A DNA stretch of 32,000 nucleotides from Halorhodospira halophila SL1 (GCF_000015585.1 NC_008789.1:150001-182000); one strand, 5' to 3'; positions 15,429 to 23,418 are shown, counted from the first letter of the stretch. Program-made: numbers and translations. Notes: a model not told the origin generated them from the letters alone.

Positions 15429-17158
15429 ACGACATCATCATCGGCATCGATCTGGGCACCACCAACTCCGAGGTGGCCGTCGTTCGCAACGGCCAAGTGC
15501 AGCTCATCGAGGTCGAGGACGCCTACCTGATGCCCTCCGCCGTCGGGCTCGACGAGGAGGGTGGCCTGCTCGTCGGTTACGCGGCCCGCAACCAGCTGGC
15601 GCTGCACCCGGAGCGAACCGTGCGCTCGATCAAGCGGCGCATGGGAGAAGACATCAAGGTACCGCTGGGGGATCGCAGCTACACGCCCCAGGAGATCTCC
15701 GCGGTGATCCTCGCCCGTCTCAAGCAGGCAGCCGAGGTGCAACTCGGCGAGCCGGTGCGCAAGGCGGTGATCACCGTGCCGGCCTACTTCTCCGACGCCC
15801 AGCGCCAGGCCACCCGCGACGCCGGCACACTGGCCGGGCTGGAGGTCGTGCGCATCATCAACGAACCCACGGCCGCCGCGCTCGCCTACGAGAGTGACCA
15901 AGCCGAGCGCAGGCACATCCTCGTCTACGACCTCGGCGGCGGCACCTTCGACGTCTCCGTCGTGCGTATGGAGCAGGATGTGGTCGAGGTCCTCGCCAGC
16001 CACGGCAACAACCACCTGGGCGGCGACGATTTTGACGCCCTGATCGTCGATCAGCTGCGCGCCCACGTAAAGGACGAACACGGGATCGATCCGGCGGACG
16101 ACCCACGCGCCATGGCGCGACTCCGCCACACCGCCGAGGCGGCCAAGATGGAGCTCTCCAGCGCCCCGATCGCCCGGATCGAGGAGGCCTACCTGCTGGA
16201 AGGCCGCAACGGCCCTGTCAATCTGTCGGTGGACCTGACCCGCGCGGATTACGAGGCGATGATTGAGCCCCTCCTCGACGAGACCCTGGAGGCTGTGCGC
16301 ATCGCCCTTGAGGACGCCGAGCTGGCCGTCACCGACCTCGACGAGATCGTGCTGGTCGGCGGCACAACCCGCACCCCCCGGATCCAGCAGCGACTCGAGG
16401 AGCTGCTCGGGCTCCAGCCACGCAGCGAGATCGACCCCGATCTGTGCGTAGCGATGGGCGCCGCCATCCAGGGGGGCGTGATCGCCGGCGAGAAGGTGGC
16501 GAGCATGCTCGTCGACGTCACCCCGTATACCTTCGGCACCAGTGCCATCGCCGAGCTCAACGGGGAGCGCTACCCGTACTGCTTCATCCCGGTCATCCGC
16601 AAGAACACCCCTATCCCGGTGACCCGCAGTGAGGCGTTCTTCACCTCCTACGATGGCCAGGAGGCGATCGACGTCCGCGTCTTCCAGGGGGAGGACCCGG
16701 ATGCATTGAACAACACCCAGATCGGCTCATTCCGCATCGAGGGGCTGAGCGATGTACCCGCCGGCAACGTGATCATCACCACCTTCTCCCTGGACGTGAA
16801 CGGCATCCTGCACGTCTCGTCGGTGGAGAAGCTCACCGGCAAGCGCAAGGAGATCACCATCGACAGCGCCACGGCGCGCTTCGAACGGGAGGAGATGGGC
16901 GCAGCCCGTGAGCGGGTCCAGGATCTGATCGATAGCGACGCCGCCACCCAGCAGACCATGACCGATTCGGCCGGTTACCGGAGCACGGAGTTAATCGAGC
17001 GGGCCGAACGACTCCTCGATCACGCCACCCCCGAGGATCGCGAGGACCTCGTCGACGCCATCGAGCAGCTGCGCGACGCGTTGCAGCAGGAGGATCAGGC
17101 CGCCCTCGAACAGGCCCGCGAGGCCCTGTCCGATCTGGTGTTCTACCTGGAGTCCTGA
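15425..17158 (+). CDS. Hsp70 family ATPase, DnaK paralogue with a short lid (577 aa)
   Basis: GTG start has AAGGA about 10 nt upstream. Actin-fold motifs are all present: IGIDLGTTNS, VITVPAYFSDAQRQATRDAG..IINEPTAAALAY, LVYDLGGGTFDVSVV and IVLVGGTTRTPRIQ. The interdomain linker and SBD-beta are LVDVTPYTFG ... NGILHVSS ... KEITI. The helical lid is short and there is no acidic C-terminal tail. Confidence 0.93.
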   Translation: MNDIIIGIDLGTTNSEVAVVRNGQVQLIEVEDAYLMPSAVGLDEEGGLLVGYAARNQLALHPERTVRSIKRRMGEDIKVPLGDRSYTPQEISAVILARLKQAAEVQLGEPVRKAVITVPAYFSDAQRQATRDAGTLAGLEVVRIINEPTAAALAYESDQAERRHILVYDLGGGTFDVSVVRMEQDVVEVLASHGNNHLGGDDFDALIVDQLRAHVKDEHGIDPADDPRAMARLRHTAEAAKMELSSAPIARIEEAYLLEGRNGPVNLSVDLTRADYEAMIEPLLDETLEAVRIALEDAELAVTDLDEIVLVGGTTRTPRIQQRLEELLGLQPRSEIDPDLCVAMGAAIQGGVIAGEKVASMLVDVTPYTFGTSAIAELNGERYPYCFIPVIRKNTPIPVTRSEAFFTSYDGQEAIDVRVFQGEDPDALNNTQIGSFRIEGLSDVPAGNVIITTFSLDVNGILHVSSVEKLTGKRKEITIDSATARFEREEMGAARERVQDLIDSDAATQQTMTDSAGYRSTELIERAERLLDHATPEDREDLVDAIEQLRDALQQEDQAALEQAREALSDLVFYLES

Positions 17159-17415
17159 TGGATCGCTGCCCCAACTGTCGCGCCCGGGCCGACGATCAGG
17201 CGCAGCACTGCCGGCGCTGCGGCATGGAGCTGGCACTGCTGCGGTGCACCGATCAGGCCGCCGATCGGAGGCTCCAGGAAGGGGTCCGGCAGATGGCCGC
17301 CGGCGACCGGGGCGCAGCCGAGGAGGCGCTGCAACAGGTCCTGACCCTGCGCGCCGACCCCCTGGCCCGACACCTCATCGGTTTCCTGAGGGCACCCGCC
17401 GGATCGTCCGACTGA
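17158..17415 (+). CDS. Small zinc-ribbon protein (CxxC-N10-CxxC) with helical tail
   Basis: MDRCPNCRARADDQAQHCRRCG is followed by a helical, TPR-like segment. The ATG overlaps the Hsp70 stop (TGATG at 17156-17160), with GGAG 6 nt upstream. High GC3. Confidence 0.65.
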   Translation: MDRCPNCRARADDQAQHCRRCGMELALLRCTDQAADRRLQEGVRQMAAGDRGAAEEALQQVLTLRADPLARHLIGFLRAPAGSSD

Positions 17416-17452
17416 CCCACCGTGCACCGCCCTGCCCCGGCCCGACGCTGAT

Positions 17453-20400
17453 TCACTCCCGGTCGTCGAGCTGCTCGAGCATGTCGTCCACCGCCGCCTC
17501 GAGCTGCCGATCGCGGCCCGCCACTTCATCCTCCGGGCGCTGGCGCACCCGGATATCCGGCTCGGCACCGTGGTGCTCCATGTCGGTGCCGTCCGGCAGA
17601 TACCAGCCGCGGAAGGGACGGCGCACGGTGGCACCGTCGATCAGGGCGTGCCGACCGGTGGAGATCACGCCACCGTAGGTCTGTTCGCCCACCAGGGTGC
17701 CCCGTTCGAGGGTATTGAAGGCGTGCGCCAGGATCTCGGCGTTGGAGTAGCTCTTCTCGTTGGCCACCATGTTGATGGGCAGCGTATAGCGCGGGGCATC
17801 CAGGCGGTCCTGCGGGTAGTGACCAGTGCGCGAGGGGTCGGCGCCCGCGGGGATGGTGTAGGCGTGCTCGGCCGCCATGATCGAGGTGAGGATCCGATCG
17901 GTGGTATGCCCGCCGCCGTTGTTGCGGACGTCGATGATCAGCCCCTCCTTGCCCTCCGCCGCCGCGTAGAGACTGCCCTGGAAGGCCTCCAGGGAGGCCT
18001 GGTTCATCGCCTGGATATGGATGTACCCGAGCCGGCCATCGGAGCGCTCGTCCACCAGCCGGCGCCGCTCCTCCCGGAACGCGTCGTAGCGCAGCTCGGC
18101 CATACCCCGATAATCGACGGGCGTTACCAGGGTGTGCAAAAGCTGCCTGCCGTCCCCCTCCGGTTCGGGCCGACGGAAGGCGATGAGCAGCTCATCACCG
18201 ACCCGGCCCCGCAGGCGCTGGAGCAGGGTCTCATCGCGGTCGATTCCGCGGCCGTCGATGGCCACGATGGTATCGCCGCTCTGCAGGGGCATAGGCCCGT
18301 GGGCCGCCGGCCCGTTGGGAACCACCGACTCGACCCGGTATCCCGGGCGCCCGTCTGCCAGTTCGACGCGCTCATGTCGAATCCCCAGCCGCCCGGAGGG
18401 CTCGCGCAGGGCCGACCCGGGGCCGGGATTGCTCACCCCGGTGTGTGAGGCGGCCAGTTCGCCCATGAGGCGATTGGCGATGTCGCTGAATTCGCTGGCC
18501 GTCCGCGCCCGGCGGATCAAGGCCTCGTAATCGGATACCAGCGCCTCCCAGTCCAGGCCCTTGAGGTCCGGCCGATAGAACCCCTCTTCGATGATGCGCG
18601 CCGCCTCGCGGAACTTCTGCACGCCCTGGGCCTTTCGGTCGATGCGGATCCGGTCGCTGATGTCAGGGCGCCGATGCTCGCCACCGCCGAGCCGCACCAC
18701 CCCGGCCCGCCCTCCGGCGACGTAGACCACCCGATCGCCGCGCAGGGTCAGATGCTGGATATCGGCCACCGGGCCCAGGCGGCGCCGCTCGCTGCCGTCC
18801 CAGTTCATCACCATCAGCCCCTCGCCGGCGCTATTGAAGACGTAGCGGTCGCCGGCCGGGGTCATCCGGCTCGCGTACTCGTTGCCGGCCGCGCTGCTGA
18901 CTCGCTCCACGCGCCGCCAAGCACCCTCGAGCTCCAGCTCCGGCGGCTCTTCCTGGGTCACCGTCTCCGTCCGAGTCACATCCGTGGCACCCGGGGTGAG
19001 CACCGGCAGCGGCTCACGCCGCTCCGCCGCTTCGCGCCCCTGGCGATAGTAGCGGTCAAGCTCCAGGCGGCTGTAACGCGCCAGCTCCGGATCCAGGTAG
19101 ACCCGGTAGAGATCGTAGCTATCCCCGCTGCGGTTGGAGATGAAGGTCAGCACCCGACCGTCGGCTGACCAGTGCGGATTGAGATCGTTGCGTGGGTGAC
19201 GGGTGATGTTGACCGGCTCCGCCGACCCGTCCGCAGGGACGATGAAGACGTTGGCGCTGAAATCCAGGTCGTTCTGCGTATAGGCGATGTGGCGGCCGTC
19301 GGGCGACCAGCGCCAGTCGATTGTGGCGTCCCACCCCTCGACCAGGGTGCGCTCGCCGCCCCCGTCGAGGTCTTGGACCACCAGATCGCCGCGCCCGCGG
19401 CGGAATGCGATCCGGGTACCGTCCGGGGACGGCCTGGCATCGCGCTCGTGCTCCTCGCTCTGCACCAGAGGACGCAGAGTGAACTGCAGGGCGTCGTGCC
19501 AGCGATCCGGATCCGCGGCCGGTGCCACCGGATCGGCTTCCTCCGGCACGGGCTCCGGGTCCGGGGCCGGCTGCGGATCGGGCTCCGGCGGCGTATCCGG
19601 TTCCGTCAGGGCGGGCTCGAGACCCGGGTCGCCGGGGTCGGGATCCGACGGCGGCTCGATGGGGTCGGTGGGGGCGAAGGGGTCGTCCGGGTCGGCGGCT
19701 GCGCCATCCCCGCCGCTTGACTCCTGCCCCTCTGACGCGTCCGCCCCGGTCTCGGGTCGCGCCGGGCGCGGTGCACCCCCCGTTTCCCCGGAGGCCACCC
19801 AGCCGCGGCGTACCTCCTCGCGGGTCAGGGCCACCCCGGCGGTGTAGATCGATTCAGTGCCGTCGGCATCCCGGGTGAAGTACAACCGCAGACCATCCGG
19901 CGACCAGCGCAGGTCCCGATGACGGGCGTGGGTATCCGGGGTCACGGGGCGAGTCGGACTGTGCTCATCCATATGTCGCACGTAGACCCGGCCGTAGGCG
20001 ATGTACGCCATCACTTCGCCGTCGGGGCTCAGCGCGGCCTCACTGACCTGGCGGTCCACCGAGCGCAGCTCGTAGCGGTCGTGCCCCGGGTCGCCGGCCC
20101 GCAACGCCACCGGCTCCGGCTCGGCATCGAGCCTATCCAGATCGAGAAGGTAGAGCCGATCCCAGACCTGCAACACCGCCCGACCCGCTTCGGGCGCCAC
20201 ATCGAACGCCTGTACATCCCGCTCATCGAAGTGGGTCAGGCGCTCCACGCCACCGGACGCCCCCTCCACCCTCGCGCGGAAGAGGTTCACGGTGTTGTCC
20301 TCACGGTCCGAGAGGAAGATCAGGGTCCGCTCATCCAACCACTGTGCCTGGCCGTCGTCCCCGGCACGACGCTGGGTCAACGGGGAGAACGCCTCCTCGT

Positions 20401-21034
20401 CGCGGTCGTAGAGCCACACATCGCGGGCATCGGGCCCGTGGTAGTGGCGGCGACTCCAACCGTGATAGGCCCCGCCACGGGTGAAGGCTACGTATCGCCC
20501 ATCGGGGGAGGTGCTGGGCTCGGAGCCAAAGGCGTCATGCAGGCGCTGCGGCTCGCCGCCCCCCGGCGCGACGCCGTAGGGGCGCTGGTCCCGGTAGACA
20601 TCCGCCTCAAGCTGCGCCGAGAAGGTCACCAGCGGCTCGCCATCGCGGCCCACTCCGAAACCGGGGTGGCGCAGGAAACGATCGCCGTAAGTGACCTGCC
20701 TGAGTCCCGTCCCGTCCGGCCGCATGCGCCAGAGGTTGAGGTAACCGTCCCGCAAGGAGGAGAACACCAGCGTATCCCCGTCGCCGGACCAGGCGGAGTG
20801 GAGATCGTCCAGACGATGGCCGGTCAGCCGGGTCGCTGTGCCACCCTCGGCGGGGACCCGCCAGAGGTCGCCCCCCCAGCTGAAGACCAGCTTCTCTCCA
20901 TCCGGGCTGATGGACGGGAAACGGGGCAGCTCGACGGCCGTTTCACCCTCGTCAGCCGCCGCCACCGTCAAGGGGCCGACCAACCCGAGAAGGCCTGCGA
21001 GCAACACGAGCAGGAACGGGATGACGCTACGCAT
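17453..21034 (-). CDS. Tricorn protease homologue (PD40 beta-propellers, PDZ, S41 peptidase domain), secreted
   Basis: 1193 aa. It has a signal peptide (MRSVIPFLLVLLAGLLGLVGPLTVAAA). Repeated PD40 motifs are present (SPDGEKLVFS, SPDGRYVAFT, SPDGEVMAYI, SPDGLRLYFT, SPDGTRIAFR, SPDGRHIAYT, SADGRVLTFIS). A PDZ segment follows (VVPNGPAAHGPMPLQSGDTIVAIDG). The S41 core is GLIIDVRNNGGGHTTD ... NEKSYSNAEILAHAF. Confidence 0.9.
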   Translation of the reverse strand: MRSVIPFLLVLLAGLLGLVGPLTVAAADEGETAVELPRFPSISPDGEKLVFSWGGDLWRVPAEGGTATRLTGHRLDDLHSAWSGDGDTLVFSSLRDGYLNLWRMRPDGTGLRQVTYGDRFLRHPGFGVGRDGEPLVTFSAQLEADVYRDQRPYGVAPGGGEPQRLHDAFGSEPSTSPDGRYVAFTRGGAYHGWSRRHYHGPDARDVWLYDRDEEAFSPLTQRRAGDDGQAQWLDERTLIFLSDREDNTVNLFRARVEGASGGVERLTHFDERDVQAFDVAPEAGRAVLQVWDRLYLLDLDRLDAEPEPVALRAGDPGHDRYELRSVDRQVSEAALSPDGEVMAYIAYGRVYVRHMDEHSPTRPVTPDTHARHRDLRWSPDGLRLYFTRDADGTESIYTAGVALTREEVRRGWVASGETGGAPRPARPETGADASEGQESSGGDGAAADPDDPFAPTDPIEPPSDPDPGDPGLEPALTEPDTPPEPDPQPAPDPEPVPEEADPVAPAADPDRWHDALQFTLRPLVQSEEHERDARPSPDGTRIAFRRGRGDLVVQDLDGGGERTLVEGWDATIDWRWSPDGRHIAYTQNDLDFSANVFIVPADGSAEPVNITRHPRNDLNPHWSADGRVLTFISNRSGDSYDLYRVYLDPELARYSRLELDRYYRQGREAAERREPLPVLTPGATDVTRTETVTQEEPPELELEGAWRRVERVSSAAGNEYASRMTPAGDRYVFNSAGEGLMVMNWDGSERRRLGPVADIQHLTLRGDRVVYVAGGRAGVVRLGGGEHRRPDISDRIRIDRKAQGVQKFREAARIIEEGFYRPDLKGLDWEALVSDYEALIRRARTASEFSDIANRLMGELAASHTGVSNPGPGSALREPSGRLGIRHERVELADGRPGYRVESVVPNGPAAHGPMPLQSGDTIVAIDGRGIDRDETLLQRLRGRVGDELLIAFRRPEPEGDGRQLLHTLVTPVDYRGMAELRYDAFREERRRLVDERSDGRLGYIHIQAMNQASLEAFQGSLYAAAEGKEGLIIDVRNNGGGHTTDRILTSIMAAEHAYTIPAGADPSRTGHYPQDRLDAPRYTLPINMVANEKSYSNAEILAHAFNTLERGTLVGEQTYGGVISTGRHALIDGATVRRPFRGWYLPDGTDMEHHGAEPDIRVRQRPEDEVAGRDRQLEAAVDDMLEQLDDRE
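19505..19792 (-). other. Acidic, proline-rich low-complexity insertion inside the tricorn-like protease (about residues 415-510)
   Basis: The translation is SGETGGAPRPARPETGADASEGQESSGGDGAAADPDDPFAPTDPIEPPSDPDPGDPGLEPALTEPDTPPEPDPQPAPDPEPVPEEADPVAPAADPD. The underlying DNA has quasi-repetitive ccggatcc/gggtccggg-type units. Confidence 0.6.
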
Positions 21035-21126
21035 GCCCCGACGCTACCACCCGCGGCCTCGCCTCACCAGAGCGGCCGCCGGGATCACGGATCGACGCCG
21101 CCCGCGCCGGGACGCTCGGCAGGGGG

Positions 21127-21723
21127 CTACTCCTTGTGATACCCCGTGGCCATGGCCCTCAGGTATTCGTACCACGGGTTTCCGGTGGTCGCGGCCATGT
21201 AGATGTGGCCGATCAGGAAGACGATCATGGCGAAGGCCGCTGCCAGGTGAACGCCAGCCACGGCACCCAGCGAGAGGAGCGCCCCGAGCAGGGTGTCGTT
21301 CCAGAAGTTGTAGAACAGCAGCAGCAGGCCCGAGACCCACAGTGCCGGGGCGATCGCGGCCTTGAAGCCGAAGTAGGCCATCCGCTGCAGCGGGTTGTGC
21401 TTGGCCGAAGGCGTCTTGGCAAAGGGTTTGGCCTCGCCGGAGAACATGCCGTAGGCGTAATAGCCGACGGTACGCCCCAGTCCACTGCCCGTCGGCACAT
21501 ACTGCCGCCACTCGCCGGTGGTCAGGTGCCAGAAGATGGCAAACGCCCAGAGCCCGATCAGCCCCCAGGCCAGCACGATGTGCGTGGAGAACGCCGCACC
21601 GAAGCCGAGCAGCGCGTAGCTGCCGTGCATCTCCAGGCCAGTGAGCAGCAGCCCAAAGATCAGCACCGCCTGAGCCCAGTGCCAGAAGATTTCGAAGCGG
21701 GTGAAGATGCGTACCTGCGTCAC
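21127..21723 (-). CDS. Cytochrome b family membrane protein (Ni/Fe-hydrogenase b-type / cytochrome b561-like)
   Basis: 198 aa with 4 predicted TM helices and conserved His residues (FWHWAQAVLIFGLLLTGLEMHG, FSTHIVLAW, GVHLAAAFAMIVFLIGHIY). The GTG start overlaps the octaheme gene stop (GTGA at 21720-21723). Confidence 0.85.
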   Translation of the reverse strand: MTQVRIFTRFEIFWHWAQAVLIFGLLLTGLEMHGSYALLGFGAAFSTHIVLAWGLIGLWAFAIFWHLTTGEWRQYVPTGSGLGRTVGYYAYGMFSGEAKPFAKTPSAKHNPLQRMAYFGFKAAIAPALWVSGLLLLFYNFWNDTLLGALLSLGAVAGVHLAAAFAMIVFLIGHIYMAATTGNPWYEYLRAMATGYHKE

Positions 21724-23396
21724 GAGCTCGAGCCCTCCTCGCCATGGCGATTGCCGAGGCGCTCTCGACGGTAGAGGTAGTAGCGCACGCCGCCGTGGCC
21801 CAGCACCGCGAACAGGGTCAGCCAGACCGCCGTCCAGCCCACAGCCTCGATCCGCGGATGGCGATCCTGCCCCGGCACGTAGACCCCATCCAGCCCGGCC
21901 ATGCGGCCATCCCGGCTGTGGCAGTCGACGCAGGCGACGCTCTCCTCGGCCGGCGCCACCATGTGATTAACCGGCCAGTACATCCGAGTCTCGACGAAGC
22001 CGTACTCACCGCTGTATACCATCTCGGTCTGTCCCACGGCACGCGCCTCTTCCATGCCGGCCTCGATGGCGCGGTCCCAGTCGTAGTTCTGCCAGTAGGC
22101 GTTTTCATCGCCTTCCTTGCCGAAGAGCTGGGGCACCAGCAGCGTATGATGCTCAGCATCGTACAGCTGCTGGCCGTACATGATCTTGAACGGCCAGATC
22201 TTGGCGCCCTCCTCGCCCGGCTGCCCCTGGGGCCGATTGACGGGAACCTCGTCGTCCGGATCGATGGTGTCGTCGGGCAGTGTGTAGACCATGTTGCCGT
22301 CGAACCAGCGATAATCCGGCGGGTAGTCCTCGTCCCACTCGAACACCCCCTTCATGCCGTCGTAGACCACCCGCCCCTCGTCGTCCTTCTCGACAATGGG
22401 CTGACCGTCATCGTCGAGTCGGCCGGCCTCGGACCAGTCCCACAGGGTCTTGGTCGGATAGCCGCCCCGGGCGATCTCCGGCACGTGGCAGGTCTGGCAA
22501 GCGATGAACTCGCCATGGGCGTTGAGCTTGTCGTGGATGCGCCCTTCATGGGGCTCACTGCCGTGGCAGGCGACACAGGCCGGCTTGTCCTGCGGACGCG
22601 CCGGCACCGGGGCATCGTCGGTGTCCGGCATCGTCAGGTGGTAACGGCTGCCGCTCTGGATGTGGCCGGTGAATTCGTGGCAGTTCGAGCAGCTGAAGTC
22701 AGCGCCGTCCGGGGTCATGTGCACGTCGACGGAGCGCGGCGGGTCGAGTAACGAGCTGTCGAGATCGCCGTGCTTGACGGCGTTGCCCCCACCCCCCTCG
22801 AAATGGCAACTGCCGCAGGTGGCACGGCTGGTATCGCCGACGTTCCGTGCCACATGGGCCAGGTCCGGCGCCTCGAACAGGGTGCCGCGGAACTCGGTGT
22901 CTTCGTAGGGCGGATGGCCGGCGGCGGTGGGGAACTTGACGTAATCGCCGGTGGTGTCGTGACAGACCAGGCAGTCGACCTTCTCCTCGGCGGTGAAGTC
23001 GAAGTCGCGATCTTCCCAACCATACCCGACGTGGCAGGAGGAGCAGCGCTCATAGCTGCCGGCGATCCCCATGCACAGGTTGTTGAGCACGTAACGCTTA
23101 CCGAGGGTCTGCTCGGTCTCGGGCTGCTCGTAGGTCCAGGTCCAGTGGATGCTGCTGTGGACCTGTTTGGCAGCTTCGGTGTGGCATTGCAGGCACGCCT
23201 CAGTGACCTCGGGGCCGGTCTCGAAAGGCCCCTCAAGGATCGAGAACTGCGAATGGTCCGCCGTGGAACCGGGCTCCGCCGCCGCCTCTTCGCCAGGAAT
23301 GGGCGGTTCGACATCCTCGGCACCCGCCGCGGAACTCACCCCTACCGCAAGGACCAGCAGGCCTGCCAACCAGCGCCGAGCTATCACTGTGATCAC
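21720..23396 (-). CDS. Octaheme c-type cytochrome, tetrathionate-reductase (OTR) family-like, with C-terminal TM anchor
   Basis: It has a signal peptide (MITVIARRWLAGLLVLAVGVSSAAGA). Eight CxxCH motifs are present: CLQCH, CSSCH, CLVCH, CGSCH, CSNCH, CVACH, CQTCH and CVDCH. There is no CxxCK. A hydrophobic C-terminal helix (VGWTAVWLTLFAVLGHGGV) is followed by a basic tail. Confidence 0.88.
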   Translation of the reverse strand: MITVIARRWLAGLLVLAVGVSSAAGAEDVEPPIPGEEAAAEPGSTADHSQFSILEGPFETGPEVTEACLQCHTEAAKQVHSSIHWTWTYEQPETEQTLGKRYVLNNLCMGIAGSYERCSSCHVGYGWEDRDFDFTAEEKVDCLVCHDTTGDYVKFPTAAGHPPYEDTEFRGTLFEAPDLAHVARNVGDTSRATCGSCHFEGGGGNAVKHGDLDSSLLDPPRSVDVHMTPDGADFSCSNCHEFTGHIQSGSRYHLTMPDTDDAPVPARPQDKPACVACHGSEPHEGRIHDKLNAHGEFIACQTCHVPEIARGGYPTKTLWDWSEAGRLDDDGQPIVEKDDEGRVVYDGMKGVFEWDEDYPPDYRWFDGNMVYTLPDDTIDPDDEVPVNRPQGQPGEEGAKIWPFKIMYGQQLYDAEHHTLLVPQLFGKEGDENAYWQNYDWDRAIEAGMEEARAVGQTEMVYSGEYGFVETRMYWPVNHMVAPAEESVACVDCHSRDGRMAGLDGVYVPGQDRHPRIEAVGWTAVWLTLFAVLGHGGVRYYLYRRERLGNRHGEEGSSS

Positions 23397-23418
23397 CTAT
23401 CCTTCCGCTTAAGGATAG
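23397..23418 (-). promoter_or_regulatory. Perfect 8-bp inverted repeat (CTATCCTT-N6-AAGGATAG) abutting the octaheme start codon; candidate SD-sequestering hairpin or operator
   Basis: On the coding (minus) strand the sequence reads CTATCCTTAAGCGGAAGGATAG immediately followed by GTG. The 3' arm contains the only SD-like AAGGA. The element is AT-rich relative to its surroundings. Confidence 0.3.

Noticed and set aside
21048-21081. Imperfect hairpin CCCGCGGCC-N15-GGCCGCCGGG between the cytochrome b gene and the tricorn-like protease gene.
   Set aside because: It has a bulged stem, a large loop and no U-tract. It is indistinguishable from chance GC-rich complementarity.
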